A stretch of DNA of 62,009 nucleotides, counting the filler, from Nitrospinae bacterium RIFCSPLOWO2_12_FULL_45_22 (GTDB taxonomy: Bacteria > 2-12-FULL-45-22): the NCBI GenBank assembly GCA_001803565.1. It is 7 parts of 7 records of this genome, joined end to end, with 100 filler letters (N's around TTAATTAATTAA, not from the genome) between each part and the next. Parts side by side here need not be neighbours in the genome. Positions count along the whole stretch, not along the records: positions 18,870 to 35,406 come from MHDQ01000165.1; positions 35,507 to 40,965 come from MHDQ01000166.1; positions 41,066 to 46,528 come from MHDQ01000167.1; 4 more parts are not named here. One strand, 5' to 3'. Of this stretch, positions 30,466-41,626 are shown in pieces. The translations under genes and the position numbers were made by a program. A model generated the notes under the pieces. That model was given only the letters and a program-made list of their open reading frames with translations, had not been told where the DNA came from and did no database searches. Position 1 is the stretch's first letter. Every line of letters begins with the position of its first letter.

Positions 30466-32022
30466 GTGAAGAGTTTAGATATTCACAAGGGGAAGGTCCT
30501 GATTCTAGATTTTGGCTCGCAGTATACGCAACTTATCGCCCGGCGGGTTAGGGAACTAAGAGTATACTGTGAGATTGTTCCCTTTTTTATTCCCCTGGAG
30601 GAAATAGAGCATTTACACCCCTCGGGTTTGATCCTTTCTGGTGGCCCAGCCAGTGTGTATAACCCAAAGGCCCCTAGTTGTCCTAAAGAACTCTTTGCGC
30701 TCAATATACCGGTTTTAGGTATTTGTTATGGTATGCAGTTAATGGCCCATTTGCTGGGGGGGAAAGTAGTCCCTTCACCCATGAGGGAATACGGCCGTAC
30801 CCAGTTGATAATTGCTGATGGTCAGGATTTATTTCAGGGATTAGGAGTAGAAGCCCTTACCGTCTGGATGAGTCATGGCGATACTGTGGTGGAATTGCCT
30901 GATCATTTCCAAACCATTGCCCATACAGAAAATTGTCCCACTGCGGCCATGAGGAGCGTGGATGGCCGGCTTTTTGGCTTACAATTTCATCCCGAGGTAG
31001 TGCATACCCAGAACGGTACCCAGATCATAAAAAACTTCCTCTTTCAGGTCTGCCACTGCTCACCCCTCTGGAATATGCAATCTTTCATTGAGTATTCGGT
31101 AAAAAAGATCCGAAGTGAAATGGGTAAGGCCCAGGTGCTTTGCGCCTTGAGTGGTGGGGTGGATTCTACGGTAGCCGCAGCCCTGCTCCAGAGGGCCATA
31201 GGGTCTCGGTCTCGCTGCATCTTTGTAGACAATGGCCTGTTGCGAGCAGGAGAGGCACAAAGGGTCTTAGAGACCTTTAAGGACAATTTCACTGGAGAGT
31301 TGATATTTAGAGATACGGCAGAAAGGTTTCTAGAAAAACTTAACGGGGTAATAGACCCCGAAGAGAAACGTAAGGTTATTGGCCGAGAATTCATATCGGT
31401 TTTTGAAGAAGAGGCTGACCGATTGGGGGCCATCGAATATCTGGTGCAGGGTACCCTCTATCCCGATGTTATTGAGAGCATATCCTACAAAGGCCCATCG
31501 GCCACAATCAAGAGCCACCATAATGTGGGAGGGCTCCCAGAAGCGATGGAATTAAAACTCCTGGAACCCTTGAGGGAGTTGTTTAAAGACGAGGTGCGGG
31601 AGTTAGGCAAGGAGTTGGGCTTGCCTGCCAGGGTATTGGAGCGACATCCCTTCCCGGGTCCTGGTTTAGCGGTACGGATCACTGGTGAGATAACACCCGA
31701 GCGGTTAGATACCTTGAGGCAAGCCGATGCTATCTTCTTAGAGGAACTGCACCAGTCAGGGCTTTATGATCAGGTCTGGCAAGCCTTTGCTATCCTGCTG
31801 CCGATAAAGACTGTAGGAGTAATGGGTGATGAGAGGACTTATGAGAATGTTGTAGCCCTGAGGGCAGTTACCAGCCTGGATGGGATGACGGCCGATTGGG
31901 CTAAACTGCCCCATACTTTCCTGGAAAAGACCTCCAATCGTATCATTAACGAGATAAAAGGAGTCAACCGGGTAGTATATGATATAAGCTCTAAACCACC
32001 TAGCACCATCGAATGGGAGTGA
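30466..32022 (+). CDS. guaA: GMP synthase (glutamine-hydrolysing)
   Basis: [51 protein letters not shown]. Confidence 0.98.
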   Translation: MKSLDIHKGKVLILDFGSQYTQLIARRVRELRVYCEIVPFFIPLEEIEHLHPSGLILSGGPASVYNPKAPSCPKELFALNIPVLGICYGMQLMAHLLGGKVVPSPMREYGRTQLIIADGQDLFQGLGVEALTVWMSHGDTVVELPDHFQTIAHTENCPTAAMRSVDGRLFGLQFHPEVVHTQNGTQIIKNFLFQVCHCSPLWNMQSFIEYSVKKIRSEMGKAQVLCALSGGVDSTVAAALLQRAIGSRSRCIFVDNGLLRAGEAQRVLETFKDNFTGELIFRDTAERFLEKLNGVIDPEEKRKVIGREFISVFEEEADRLGAIEYLVQGTLYPDVIESISYKGPSATIKSHHNVGGLPEAMELKLLEPLRELFKDEVRELGKELGLPARVLERHPFPGPGLAVRITGEITPERLDTLRQADAIFLEELHQSGLYDQVWQAFAILLPIKTVGVMGDERTYENVVALRAVTSLDGMTADWAKLPHTFLEKTSNRIINEIKGVNRVVYDISSKPPSTIEWE

Positions 32023-32023
32023 G

Positions 32024-35000
32024 GTGATGAAGAACAACACGTTTATTCATCTGCATAATCATACCGAGTATAGTCTATTAGATGGGGCCATCAGGTTAAA
32101 ACCATTAATGGAAAGGGCTAATAAGTACCAAATGCCCGCCCTGGCTATTACTGACCATGGCAATATGTTTGGGGCGATAAAGTTTTATAAGCTAGCCCGG
32201 CAATATGGGATTAAGCCCATTATTGGTTGTGAGGTATATGTCGCCCCAGAGAATCGGCAGCAAAAAGCCTCCTCCCAGGGTATTGCTGATGCCTCTTATC
32301 ACCTGATACTGCTGGCTACCAATGGGGAAGGGTATAAGAACCTTATCAAGCTGGTCAGTATAGGTTATCTAGAAGGGTTCTATTATCGGCCCCGGATAGA
32401 CAAAGAGGTCCTGGCCCAGCATTCCCGCGGGTTGATCGCCCTGAGTAGTTGCCTGAAAGGCGAGATACCGGTTCTGCTGGCCCAAGGGCAGGAAGGGAAG
32501 GCCCGAGAAGCAGCCGCTACATTTAAAGATATTATGGGAGGAGAGGGATTTTATCTAGAGGTCCAGGACCAGGGATTGGAGGGACAAGGCAAGATCAATC
32601 AGGCTGTGATCGGGCTGAGTAAACAGTTAACCCTCCCGTTAGTTGCTACTAACGATTGCCATTACCTGGACCGGGCAGATACCCAGGCCCATGATATACT
32701 CCTATGTATCCAAACCGGCAAGTCATTGAGAGATAAAGATCGGCTGAGGTTTTCTTCTGACCAATTCTATTTCCGCTCCCCAGAAGAGATGGAGGCCCTT
32801 TTTGCTGAGGTCCCTGTCGCCTTGTACAATACTATTGATATTGCAGAGCGGTGCCAGTTGGAACTCAAATTTGATGAAATCCACCTGCCTCACTATCAAC
32901 CACCCCAGGGCTATACCCTGGATAGCTATCTGGAGGAGTTAGCCCAAAAGGGTCTACAAAGGCGACTAGAAGCCAGACCGGTAACTGTAGAGTTAGAAAA
33001 GGCTTATTGGGAGCGGTTAAAAAGGGAGCTAGATATTATAAAGAATATGAACTATAGCGGCTATTTCCTGATAGTGTGGGATTTTATTGATTATGCCCAG
33101 ACTAAGGATATCGCCGTAGGACCGGGCCGGGGCTCGGCAGCCGGCAGTTTAGTCGCCTATGCCTTGGGAATTACCGAGCTGGACCCCATAAAGTACGGCT
33201 TGCTCTTCGAGCGGTTCTTAAACCCTGAGCGGATATCCTTGCCCGATATTGATATAGACTTTTGTATGGAGCGCCGTGACGAGGTAATAAATTACGTCAT
33301 CCATAAATATGGAGCAGAGAATGTTGCCCAGATCATAACCTTTGGGACTATGATGGCCAGGGGTGTTATTCGTGATGTAGGGCGGGTAATGGGCCTGCCT
33401 TATGCTGATGTGGATAAGATTGCCAAGCTGGTCCCTAACCGGCTCAATATAACCCTGGAAGAAACCCTGGAAGAAGAACCTAGATTGAAAGAGTTGCAGC
33501 AACAGGATAGCAATGTTCAACTATTGCTAGATACGGCCAAAACCCTGGAGGGACTCCCCAGGCATGCCTCTACCCATGCAGCCGGGGTAGTGATATCGCC
33601 CGCCCCCTTAACGGAATACTTGCCTTTATTCCGGGGGAATAAAGGTGAGATAACTACCCAGTTTGCTATGGACGATATTGAAGACCTTGGACTCCTTAAA
33701 ATGGATTTTCTGGGCCTAAGAACCCTCACCGTCATCCAAAACACCTTAAGGGCGGTCAAAGAGAACCAGGGGAAAGAGATAGCTATAGAAGATATCCCAT
33801 TAGACGATCCAGCTACTTACCAGTCTCTGGCCGAGGCTAAAACCGTGGGCATCTTCCAGTTGGAGAGTGGGGGTATGCGAGAGCTTCTGAAGAAGCTTAA
33901 GGCCCAATCCTTTGAAGACATTATTGCCTTAGTGGCCCTTTATCGCCCCGGGCCCCTGGGTAGTGGTATGGTAGAGGATTTTATCAAGCGAAGGCACGGT
34001 AAAGGCACTATAAATTACGAATTACGCCAGCTAGAACCGATCCTAAGAGAGACTTATGGCGTGATCCTGTACCAGGAACAGGTCATGCAGATTGCCAGTA
34101 CTTTAGCTGGCTTCAGCTTAGGGGCTGCCGATATATTAAGGCGGGCTATGGGCAAGAAAAAGGCCGATGTTATGGCTGAGCAGCGCGAGAGATTTATCCA
34201 AGGAGCCCTGGCTAATAAGATACCCAAAGGGAAGGCAGAAAGGATTTTTGATTTAATGGAATATTTTGCTGGTTATGGGTTTAATAAGTCCCACAGCGCC
34301 GCTTATGCCCTGATTGCTTATCGAACCGCTTATCTGAAAACTCATTACCCGGGAGAATTTATGGCTGCCCTGATGAGCAGCGAGATGGAGAATAGTGATC
34401 GGGTTAGAAGCTATCTAGAAGAATGCCGAGAGATGAGCATCCAGGTATTACCCCCCAATATCAATACCAGCTATAGAGATTTTGCCAGAGAAAATAGTAA
34501 TATAAGGTTTGCCCTGGGGGCCATTAAGAATGTGGGCGATGGCGCTATCGAGGCTGTGGTTAAGGCCAGAACCCATAAAGGGATGTTCTCTTCTCTATCT
34601 GATTTTTGCCAAAAGGTCAGTAGCAGAAATGTAAGCCGGCGGGTAATTGAAAGCCTGATAAAAGCTGGGGCCGGTGATGGTTTAGGGGAGTCCCGCAGCC
34701 AGATGATGGCTAACCTGGATAAGTATTTAGAAGCTGCCCAAAGACGTCAGAAGGCCAAGAAGAGCGGGCAAATAAGCCTATTTACCTCCTTACCCGGTGA
34801 GAGTGGTGAGCTAACTACAGAAACAGGCGGCATCCAGTTACCAGAATGGGACAGAAAAGAATTGCTTGCTTATGAGAAAGAAGCCCTGGGGCTCTATTTT
34901 AGCGGCCACCCCTTAGACCCTTACCAAAACCTCCTTCGGCAATATAATATTAATAGCCAGAACTATCAAAGCAGTCAGAATGGTCAAGTTATACGCCTCG

Positions 35001-35406
35001 TTGGTGTGGTAAATAAGATAAAGACCCAGACCAACAAGAAGGGTGAGGTATGGTCTAAATTTTCCCTGGAAGACCTCTATGGCACTCTAGAAGTACTGCT
35101 CTTCCCTCCATACTATCGAGATAATTACCAATATTTGGAAGGGGATGAGCCGATCCTGGTCCAGGGCAAATTGAGGAACGGTAATGATAAACCAGCTATT
35201 ATTGCAGAAAAGTTGATCCCCCTGGCAGAGTTACCCCGGGAAAAGAAAAACCGGATGCATATAAAACTCTCTAGCCAGTTATTAACCAGGGATTCGTTAC
35301 TTAGACTGAAGAGTTTGATTAACACTTTCCCCGGCACCCATTCCCTCAATTTACATTTCTTATATCCGGACAAAGAAATTATCTTAGAAACAGACCCTAG
35401 TAACCG
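32024..35406 (+). CDS. dnaE: DNA polymerase III alpha subunit, 3' truncated
   Basis: HLHNHTEYSLLDG, GRGSAAGS, PDIDIDF, KMDFLGL, YGFNKSHS, OB fold. Confidence 0.98.
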
Positions 35407-35506
35407 NNNNNNNNNNNNNNNNNNNNNNNNNNNNNNNNNNNNNNNNNNNNTTAATTAATTAANNNNNNNNNNNNNNNNNNNNNNNNNNNNNNNNNNNNNN
35501 NNNNNN
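35407..35506. other. Artificial contig linker
   Basis: N-run + TTAATTAATTAA + N-run. Confidence 0.98.
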
Positions 35507-37252
35507 TTTACAAAGGAACAAGGATTACAACGTGAAATATTTATCAGATACCTCTTTAGTGCCTTAACCGATAGTGACTGGCTTTCTACAGAAGAACATT
35601 TTGAACAAGATACATTTAAGATGCGCATCGGAGCTTCCTTACCGATAGACGTTATGATCAACAAATTAGAAGAGGAATTCTCTAAAAAATCCAAAGAAGG
35701 TGAAATCAATCAATTGCGCAATGATGCCCGCAATCAAGCGCTTCAGAAAGCGGATATGCCATGCGGGTTTTATTCGTTATCCTTGCCGACCGGGATGGGT
35801 AAAACACTCACATCTATGGCGTGGGCGTTACGACACGCAAAAAAGAATGATTTGAAACGGATAATAATTGTCCTCCCTTATATAAACATCATAGACCAGA
35901 CCGCCCAGGTTTTGAAAAATATTTTCGGTGAAGAATGGGTGCTTGAGCACCATTCCAGTTACAATGAGGACGCACTTGATAGTCGGGATGAGTCGGAGAA
36001 TTGTTCCCCTATTCAGGAACGAAAGAAATTGGCATGTGAAAATTGGGACTATCCTATTATAGTGACGACCACTGTTCAGTTTTTTGAATCGTTATTCAGT
36101 AACAGGCCATCACAATGCAGGAAGGTTCATAATATAGCTGAATCTGTGGTGATATTTGATGAGGTTCAGACTACCCCCAAGGAAGTGATACTGCCTACGC
36201 TACGAATGTTAGAAGATGTTCAGACCGTTATGAAGACGTCTTTTTTGTTTTGCACGGCAACACAGCCTGCTTTTGAGAAGAGACTGGGGTTTGACGGCAT
36301 AGAAAATATTCGTCCTTTAATTGATGATCCCTCTGAGCTTTACGAGAAAACAAAGCGTGTTGACTATCGCTTATTGAACGATTTAAAGCCGATTGATTAC
36401 AGCGGACTGCTTGAGGCTGTAATACAGACAGGAGACTCAACGCTTGTCATATTCAACACGAAGAAAGCCGTATTGGAGTTTTATAATTGCACCAGCAAAC
36501 TTGGAGATTGGGAAAAGAAATATCATTTATCAACGGCAATGTGTCCATCGCATCGAAAAGGTGTAATCAAAAATATCAGGTATGATCTGGAAGCAAAGAA
36601 AAAAATATTGGTGGTTTCTACACAGCTTATTGAAGCAGGTGTTGATTTTGATTTTCCGGTTGTGTTCCGCGCTATGGCGCCGCTTGAGGCGGTTATTCAA
36701 TCCGCAGGTCGTTGCAATCGTGAAGGCAATTTGGGTGCACTGGGTGGAAAAGTATTTCTATTTAAATTGCAGGACGGTGGTATGCCAGACAAGACTTATG
36801 CTGCCTGTGCAGGACATGCGGAGGATATGATTAAACGAGACATAGCTCAATTACACGGGCATACGATATTCAATGAATACTATGCTCAAGTAATACAGCT
36901 CTATATTGACCCGGATAAATACAACATCAACGAAGCACGCAAGAGGTTTGATTTTGAAACTGTAAACGGAGCTTATCACATAATAGAGACTGCTACTGAG
37001 GGTTTATATGTTTATAACTACAGCGATGAGAGCCGCCAGTTGTTACATTCGCTCGAATACAAAGAGTTTTTATCAAGGGATGATTACCGGAAAATGCAGT
37101 CGTATACCGTACAGGTATACAAGCATTTTATTATTCAGAATAGTCAGATGTGCAAAACAATGGATCAGGGATTTATGGTATGGTACGGGAATTATGATCC
37201 TCAAACGGGTATTTCAGTTGCGCCAATAGAGGCGGATAAATTGGTCGTATAA
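35507..37252 (+). CDS. cas3: CRISPR-associated helicase/nuclease Cas3, 5' truncated
   Basis: The frame is open from the contig start and includes the HD-domain end RYLFSALTDSDWLSTE; helicase motifs LPTGMGKT, DEVQ, TATQP, STQLIEAGVD, QSAGRCNREG. Confidence 0.95.
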   Translation, partial: FTKEQGLQREIFIRYLFSALTDSDWLSTEEHFEQDTFKMRIGASLPIDVMINKLEEEFSKKSKEGEINQLRNDARNQALQKADMPCGFYSLSLPTGMGKTLTSMAWALRHAKKNDLKRIIIVLPYINIIDQTAQVLKNIFGEEWVLEHHSSYNEDALDSRDESENCSPIQERKKLACENWDYPIIVTTTVQFFESLFSNRPSQCRKVHNIAESVVIFDEVQTTPKEVILPTLRMLEDVQTVMKTSFLFCTATQPAFEKRLGFDGIENIRPLIDDPSELYEKTKRVDYRLLNDLKPIDYSGLLEAVIQTGDSTLVIFNTKKAVLEFYNCTSKLGDWEKKYHLSTAMCPSHRKGVIKNIRYDLEAKKKILVVSTQLIEAGVDFDFPVVFRAMAPLEAVIQSAGRCNREGNLGALGGKVFLFKLQDGGMPDKTYAACAGHAEDMIKRDIAQLHGHTIFNEYYAQVIQLYIDPDKYNINEARKRFDFETVNGAYHIIETATEGLYVYNYSDESRQLLHSLEYKEFLSRDDYRKMQSYTVQVYKHFIIQNSQMCKTMDQGFMVWYGNYDPQTGISVAPIEADKLVV

Positions 37253-37259
37253 TCAGGAG

Positions 37260-37997
37260 GTGTATATGCTCAATGATCGAATAGTAAGAGTTAAGGTAAA
37301 GTGCGATTTCGCGTGTTTTACAAGGCCGGATCTGAAGGTTGAGCGCATGACGTATCCTTGCATGACGCCATCGGCGGCACGGGGCATTCTTGACTCGATT
37401 CTGTGGAAGCCGGAGTTTCAGTGGTATGTAAGGCGGATACTGATTCTAAACCCCATTCGCTTTTGTACGATTAAGCGTAATGAGATAAATTCAAAACAAG
37501 GCCGAAGTCCTATCATAATTGAAGAAAAGCGCGCTCAACGTAATAGCGTGGTTTTAAGGAATGTAGCTTATATCATTGAAGCGTCAATTTATATGAAACA
37601 ATCCGATAAAGCTAAACTGGAAAAGTATGTTGGAATGAATGTTAAGCATGAAGGAATGTTTCCCCGCCGCGTTAAAAAAGGGCAATGCTGGCGCAGGCCA
37701 TATCTTGGCGTGCGGGAGTTTTCCGCTGAATTTATGGAGCCGGATGAAACTGACGAACCAATTAAAGAAACAATTCCCATCGGTAGCATGTTATTTGACA
37801 TATTCTATGACCAAAACGGAAAGCCGGAGCCGTTGTTCTTCCATGATGTCGCAATACGCAACGGTGTATTGAACTGCGAAGTTCCTGAAAATGACAAAAT
37901 GATGCAGTCGAGCCATTTTCAGCCGGCAATTGACAGTGAAGTTTCTTCTGCAATCTATGAATTCAACCAGCAGGAAGAAAAGGAGGCGGCGCTATGA
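37260..37997 (+). CDS. cas5: Type I-C Cas5 (Cas5d)
   Basis: FACFTRPDLKVERMTY, TPSAARGILDSILWKP, RPYLGVREF. Confidence 0.95.
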   Translation: MYMLNDRIVRVKVKCDFACFTRPDLKVERMTYPCMTPSAARGILDSILWKPEFQWYVRRILILNPIRFCTIKRNEINSKQGRSPIIIEEKRAQRNSVVLRNVAYIIEASIYMKQSDKAKLEKYVGMNVKHEGMFPRRVKKGQCWRRPYLGVREFSAEFMEPDETDEPIKETIPIGSMLFDIFYDQNGKPEPLFFHDVAIRNGVLNCEVPENDKMMQSSHFQPAIDSEVSSAIYEFNQQEEKEAAL

Positions 37998-39847
37998 TTA
38001 AGGAATTGAGCGACTTAGGGAAAACGCTTCGGGGTCAAAAAAACGAAAATGACTGGGTTCATGATGCGCTTAAAGAAGAAACTATTTCTTTAGTGCTTAC
38101 AATTAAACCTGATGGCAGTTTTGTTTCTTTACAGAGTATCGAAAAGAAAAAAACTATGGCTGAGGCTGTGCAAAGAACCAGTGGGAAAGAGGCGCGGTTG
38201 TTGATAGACAATTGTGGTTACGTATTGGGCGTTTATGATTGTGAGAGCAATGCCTTTAAAAAGAAAGCCAAGGAAAAGGGCGAACAGAAAGCTCATGATA
38301 TTTTCAAAAAAGATGTATCTGAAAAATTGGCTTTATTTTTAGAGCGATTGAATGAAACTGCTGAGTTGGAAGAACTGATACCTGTATTGAAGTTTTATAA
38401 AGATAGCAAACAAAAAGGCATTGATATTGTTAATCAAGAGTATTTCTTAAAAAATATTTCCAAAAAGGATCGGGGCGGGAATATAGCCTTATTAGTGTCA
38501 GGCAAATATAAATATGTCCATGAATACGACTCGGTTTATCGCGGAATAATTGATGCTTATGAGCGCAAACAGCAGGAGATCACATCAAGTGTTAGAAAAA
38601 AATGCGCTATTTGTGCAGGAGAACAATTCCCAGTCGGCGATTTTACTCATTTCCCAATTAAAGGAGTCCCGGGAGATAAAGAGCCCGCCGGGGGGCGTAA
38701 ATTGATTTCTTATAACGGTGACAACAATCCGTTTGAATCTTATGGAATGGTCGGTAATGAAAATAGCATGATTTGCACAAATTGCGCTAAAACTTATGTA
38801 GAGGGGCTGAATTGGCTCCTCTCATCGGGGACAAAGATAAAAAACAAAAAGAATAAAGACGACATAGTCTATACAAATCGTTGGCCTCGTAAAAGGTCAG
38901 CAAGTTTTGGCGTGGATACTGCAATGGTCTTTTGGACTCGTGAGAACGAAAAAGTGGATGAAATAGACTACCTGGAAGCGCCTAACCCTGCCGATATCGC
39001 AAGGCTGATTGAATCTGTGGCATCTGGTACCGAAAGGGATAGCCGCCATATTGAATCTGACCAGTTTTATTCGTGCGCGCTTTCCGGTTCTGCGGCCCGT
39101 ATAGCGGTACGGGATTGGATTGAGACCAGTTTACTTGATTTTAAAAAATCAATCGCTAAATGGTTTCGGGATATTGCCATTGACGAATATGATGGAGATT
39201 TAAAGAAGACCCAAACACGTTATTCCCGACTCTATGACCTGGCGAGAAGCTGTCAGAGAAAAAACAGCGATAATAGCTATGACAAAGATGATACATCATG
39301 GGTGAGAGTTGCTACGTATCTATGGAATGCAGCACTGAAAAATGTCTCGCCACCATTATGGATGTTAACAAAAGTGCTCCAACGGGCGCGTTTGGATAAA
39401 TATGGCGTTACCGCAGATAGAGCAGCCTTGATTAAACTGATTTTAAACCGACATAAGAAAGGAGGTGATTTTGTGATTACAGAGAAGATTGAACAGGGGA
39501 ATAGGCCGGTGGCCTATGTTTGTGGGCAGATTTTTGCAAAACTGGAGAGCATCCAGTATGCCGCATTAGGGGACATAAATGCTGGAATACGGGAGAGGTA
39601 TTTTACCTACGCGATGACCTCGCCTGCTGCCGCGTTCGGGCGGTTGTTCGATTTGGGTTCAAAGCATTATAAAAAAATCAAAAATGAAAAACCCGGGCTT
39701 GCTATTACTCTGGACAAGGGGCTTCAGGACTTGGTGAAAGATATAGATATTAATAAATTGCCTGCGACTTTTTCTTTAGAAGAAAAAGGACAGTTTGCTA
39801 TCGGATATTACCACCAAAGACAGTCGCAATTTAGCGGCAGTAAATAA
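37994..39847 (+). CDS. cas8c: Type I-C large subunit Cas8c/Csd1
   Basis: Between cas5 and cas7; Cys pairs CAIC and CTNC; FESYG; AARIAVRDW; YVCGQIFAKLESIQ; GQFAIGYYHQ. Confidence 0.93.
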   Translation: MIKELSDLGKTLRGQKNENDWVHDALKEETISLVLTIKPDGSFVSLQSIEKKKTMAEAVQRTSGKEARLLIDNCGYVLGVYDCESNAFKKKAKEKGEQKAHDIFKKDVSEKLALFLERLNETAELEELIPVLKFYKDSKQKGIDIVNQEYFLKNISKKDRGGNIALLVSGKYKYVHEYDSVYRGIIDAYERKQQEITSSVRKKCAICAGEQFPVGDFTHFPIKGVPGDKEPAGGRKLISYNGDNNPFESYGMVGNENSMICTNCAKTYVEGLNWLLSSGTKIKNKKNKDDIVYTNRWPRKRSASFGVDTAMVFWTRENEKVDEIDYLEAPNPADIARLIESVASGTERDSRHIESDQFYSCALSGSAARIAVRDWIETSLLDFKKSIAKWFRDIAIDEYDGDLKKTQTRYSRLYDLARSCQRKNSDNSYDKDDTSWVRVATYLWNAALKNVSPPLWMLTKVLQRARLDKYGVTADRAALIKLILNRHKKGGDFVITEKIEQGNRPVAYVCGQIFAKLESIQYAALGDINAGIRERYFTYAMTSPAAAFGRLFDLGSKHYKKIKNEKPGLAITLDKGLQDLVKDIDINKLPATFSLEEKGQFAIGYYHQRQSQFSGSK

Positions 39848-39868
39848 AACCTAAAGAGGAGGCATAAA

Positions 39869-40738
39869 ATGAGTGATGTAATCAAGAATCGGTATGATTT
39901 TGTATTTCTGTTTGATGTAAAAGACGGCAATCCTAATGGCGACCCAGATCAGGTAAATTTACCCAGAGCCGATGCCGAAGATCAGCATGGTTTGGTTACC
40001 GATGTGTGTATTAAAAGGAAGGTCAGGAATTATGTCATGCTAGAAAAGGAGCTTAAGTCGCCCTTCGACATATTCATCAGACAAGAGCAGGTTTTGAATA
40101 AGATTATTGATGCTGCTTCTGGTGAGAATATACAGCAGCGTCAAGAGGGGTTATGTAATAATTACTTTGATATTAGGACATTCGGAGCTGTGTTATCGAC
40201 AGGGGATAAAGGCGCTGGAACTGTTCGAGGTCCGGTGCAGTTTACCTTTGCCCGTTCAGAAGATCGCATATATCAGGCGGAACACTCTATAACACGTTGT
40301 GCTGTAACTACAGAAGAAGATGCTAAAAAACAGGAAAGCAGGGAATACGCTTCAACATTTGGACGGAAATCTACTGTACCATATGCTCTTTACAGAATGC
40401 ATGGTTTTATCTCGGCTATTGATGCTAGAAAAACAAAATTCTCTGAAGTGGATCTCACGTTATTATGGAAATCATTAATCAATGCCTTTGAAAATGATCG
40501 GGCTGCCGCACGAGGAGAAATGAACCCAAGAAAGCTGGTCATTTTCAAACATTCAAGTCATTTGGGGAATGAACTGTCAGGCAGATTGTTTGAGCGTGTG
40601 AAAGTGACAAAGAACTCGGAACTGCCGAGAGGGAAAAATGATTATACGATTTCTGTTGATAGGCAGAATCTCCCATCTGATGATAAGAAGAAGGCATTAA
40701 TTGAAATTAAAGAGTGGCCGGAAGAAACTATATTCTGA
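39869..40738 (+). CDS. cas7: Type I-C Cas7/Csd2
   Basis: NRYDFVFLFDVKDGNPNGDPD, TDVCIKRKVRNY, FDIRTFGAV, VRGPVQ. Confidence 0.95.
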   Translation: MSDVIKNRYDFVFLFDVKDGNPNGDPDQVNLPRADAEDQHGLVTDVCIKRKVRNYVMLEKELKSPFDIFIRQEQVLNKIIDAASGENIQQRQEGLCNNYFDIRTFGAVLSTGDKGAGTVRGPVQFTFARSEDRIYQAEHSITRCAVTTEEDAKKQESREYASTFGRKSTVPYALYRMHGFISAIDARKTKFSEVDLTLLWKSLINAFENDRAAARGEMNPRKLVIFKHSSHLGNELSGRLFERVKVTKNSELPRGKNDYTISVDRQNLPSDDKKKALIEIKEWPEETIF

Positions 40739-40750
40739 GGTAATCACCAC

Positions 40751-40965
40751 ATGACCGACCCAAAAGAATTCCCGCAGCTCATCCCGCCGCACGGCGGGTA
40801 TCGGGAACTACAGTCTTACCGAATGTCGGAGATTGTTTTTGACGCTACGATAGTATTTTGCAACCGGTTCATTGATCGCCGCTCCCGCACCCATGACCAG
40901 ATGGTGCAGGCGGCACGCAGCGGCAAACAGAACATCGCCGAAGGTAGCATGGCCTCAGGCACGTC
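40751..40965 (+). CDS. Four-helix-bundle (23S rRNA IVP-like) protein, suffix-domain type, 3' truncated
   Basis: IPPHGGYRELQSY...SRTHDQMVQAARSGKQNIAEGS. Confidence 0.85.
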
Positions 40966-41065
40966 NNNNNNNNNNNNNNNNNNNNNNNNNNNNNNNNNNN
41001 NNNNNNNNNTTAATTAATTAANNNNNNNNNNNNNNNNNNNNNNNNNNNNNNNNNNNNNNNNNNNN
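40966..41065. other. Artificial contig linker
   Basis: N-run + TTAATTAATTAA + N-run. Confidence 0.98.
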
Positions 41066-41113
41066 CACGGAATAGGTAAAAAGGAAATCAAGCGTAAACG
41101 CTACGTGGATTAG
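41066..41113 (+). CDS. 3' end of a small basic hypothetical protein, probable partner of the next gene
   Basis: HGIGKKEIKRKRYVD-stop, 4 nt before the next ATG; resembles the C-terminus of a small family I recall preceding the DESGEDYLYP family. Confidence 0.55.
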   Translation, partial: HGIGKKEIKRKRYVD

Positions 41114-41117
41114 AGCC

Positions 41118-41357
41118 ATGAAAAAGAAGACAGACAATACAAAGCAGAAGTTCGTCGTCTGCATCAACAATAGCGAGTACCCTGCTTCGTTGGAGCTGCA
41201 CAAAATATATTGCGTTTTGCCCGATGAAGAAGCGGCTCAGGATGGAGATGTTCGCATCATAGATGAGAGTGGGGAGGATTACCTTTACCCGGCGGAATGG
41301 TTTGTCCACATAGATGTCCCGCACGAGGTAGAAGCTTCTCTGCTCCAAGCCTCTTAA
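41118..41357 (+). CDS. Small acidic conserved hypothetical protein
   Basis: FVVCINNSEYPASLELHKIY...RIIDESGEDYLYPAEWF. Confidence 0.8.
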   Translation: MKKKTDNTKQKFVVCINNSEYPASLELHKIYCVLPDEEAAQDGDVRIIDESGEDYLYPAEWFVHIDVPHEVEASLLQAS

Positions 41358-41367
41358 CCGAAGTTTT

Positions 41368-41439
41368 GCAGCAGATAACGCGCTGCACCTGATTGTTACC
41401 CGCCCCATCGGTGTCGAGTGAGGTTGAACGTTATACTGC
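41368..41439 (+). mobile_element. Degenerate integron attC-like site
   Basis: Just after the stop codon: AACGC-GCTGCACCTGA (L''-like) ... GTGAGG-TTGAAC-GTTATAC (L'/R'-like); outer GCAG/CTGC pair; R'' box degenerate. Confidence 0.4.
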
Positions 41440-41626
41440 TATCTAAGGTATAGATTTCCGCTAGTAACCAATACCATTTATAGTCCCTCATAAAATGAAG
41501 ATTACTACGAGAAATGTTAACAGGGAGTCAGTAGGTGGGTGTTTAGCCTTTATTTATGGGGCTTTTGGGGGAGGGATAAAACTTTTTTCTCGTGCGGTAT
41601 AGTAAAAAGGGTACGGCTGTAATAAG

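Noticed and set aside
32024-37252. Apparent dnaE-cas3 adjacency (likewise cas-rtc and amrS-gvpN)
   Set aside because: Separated by linkers, so they lie on different contigs with no evidence of physical linkage.
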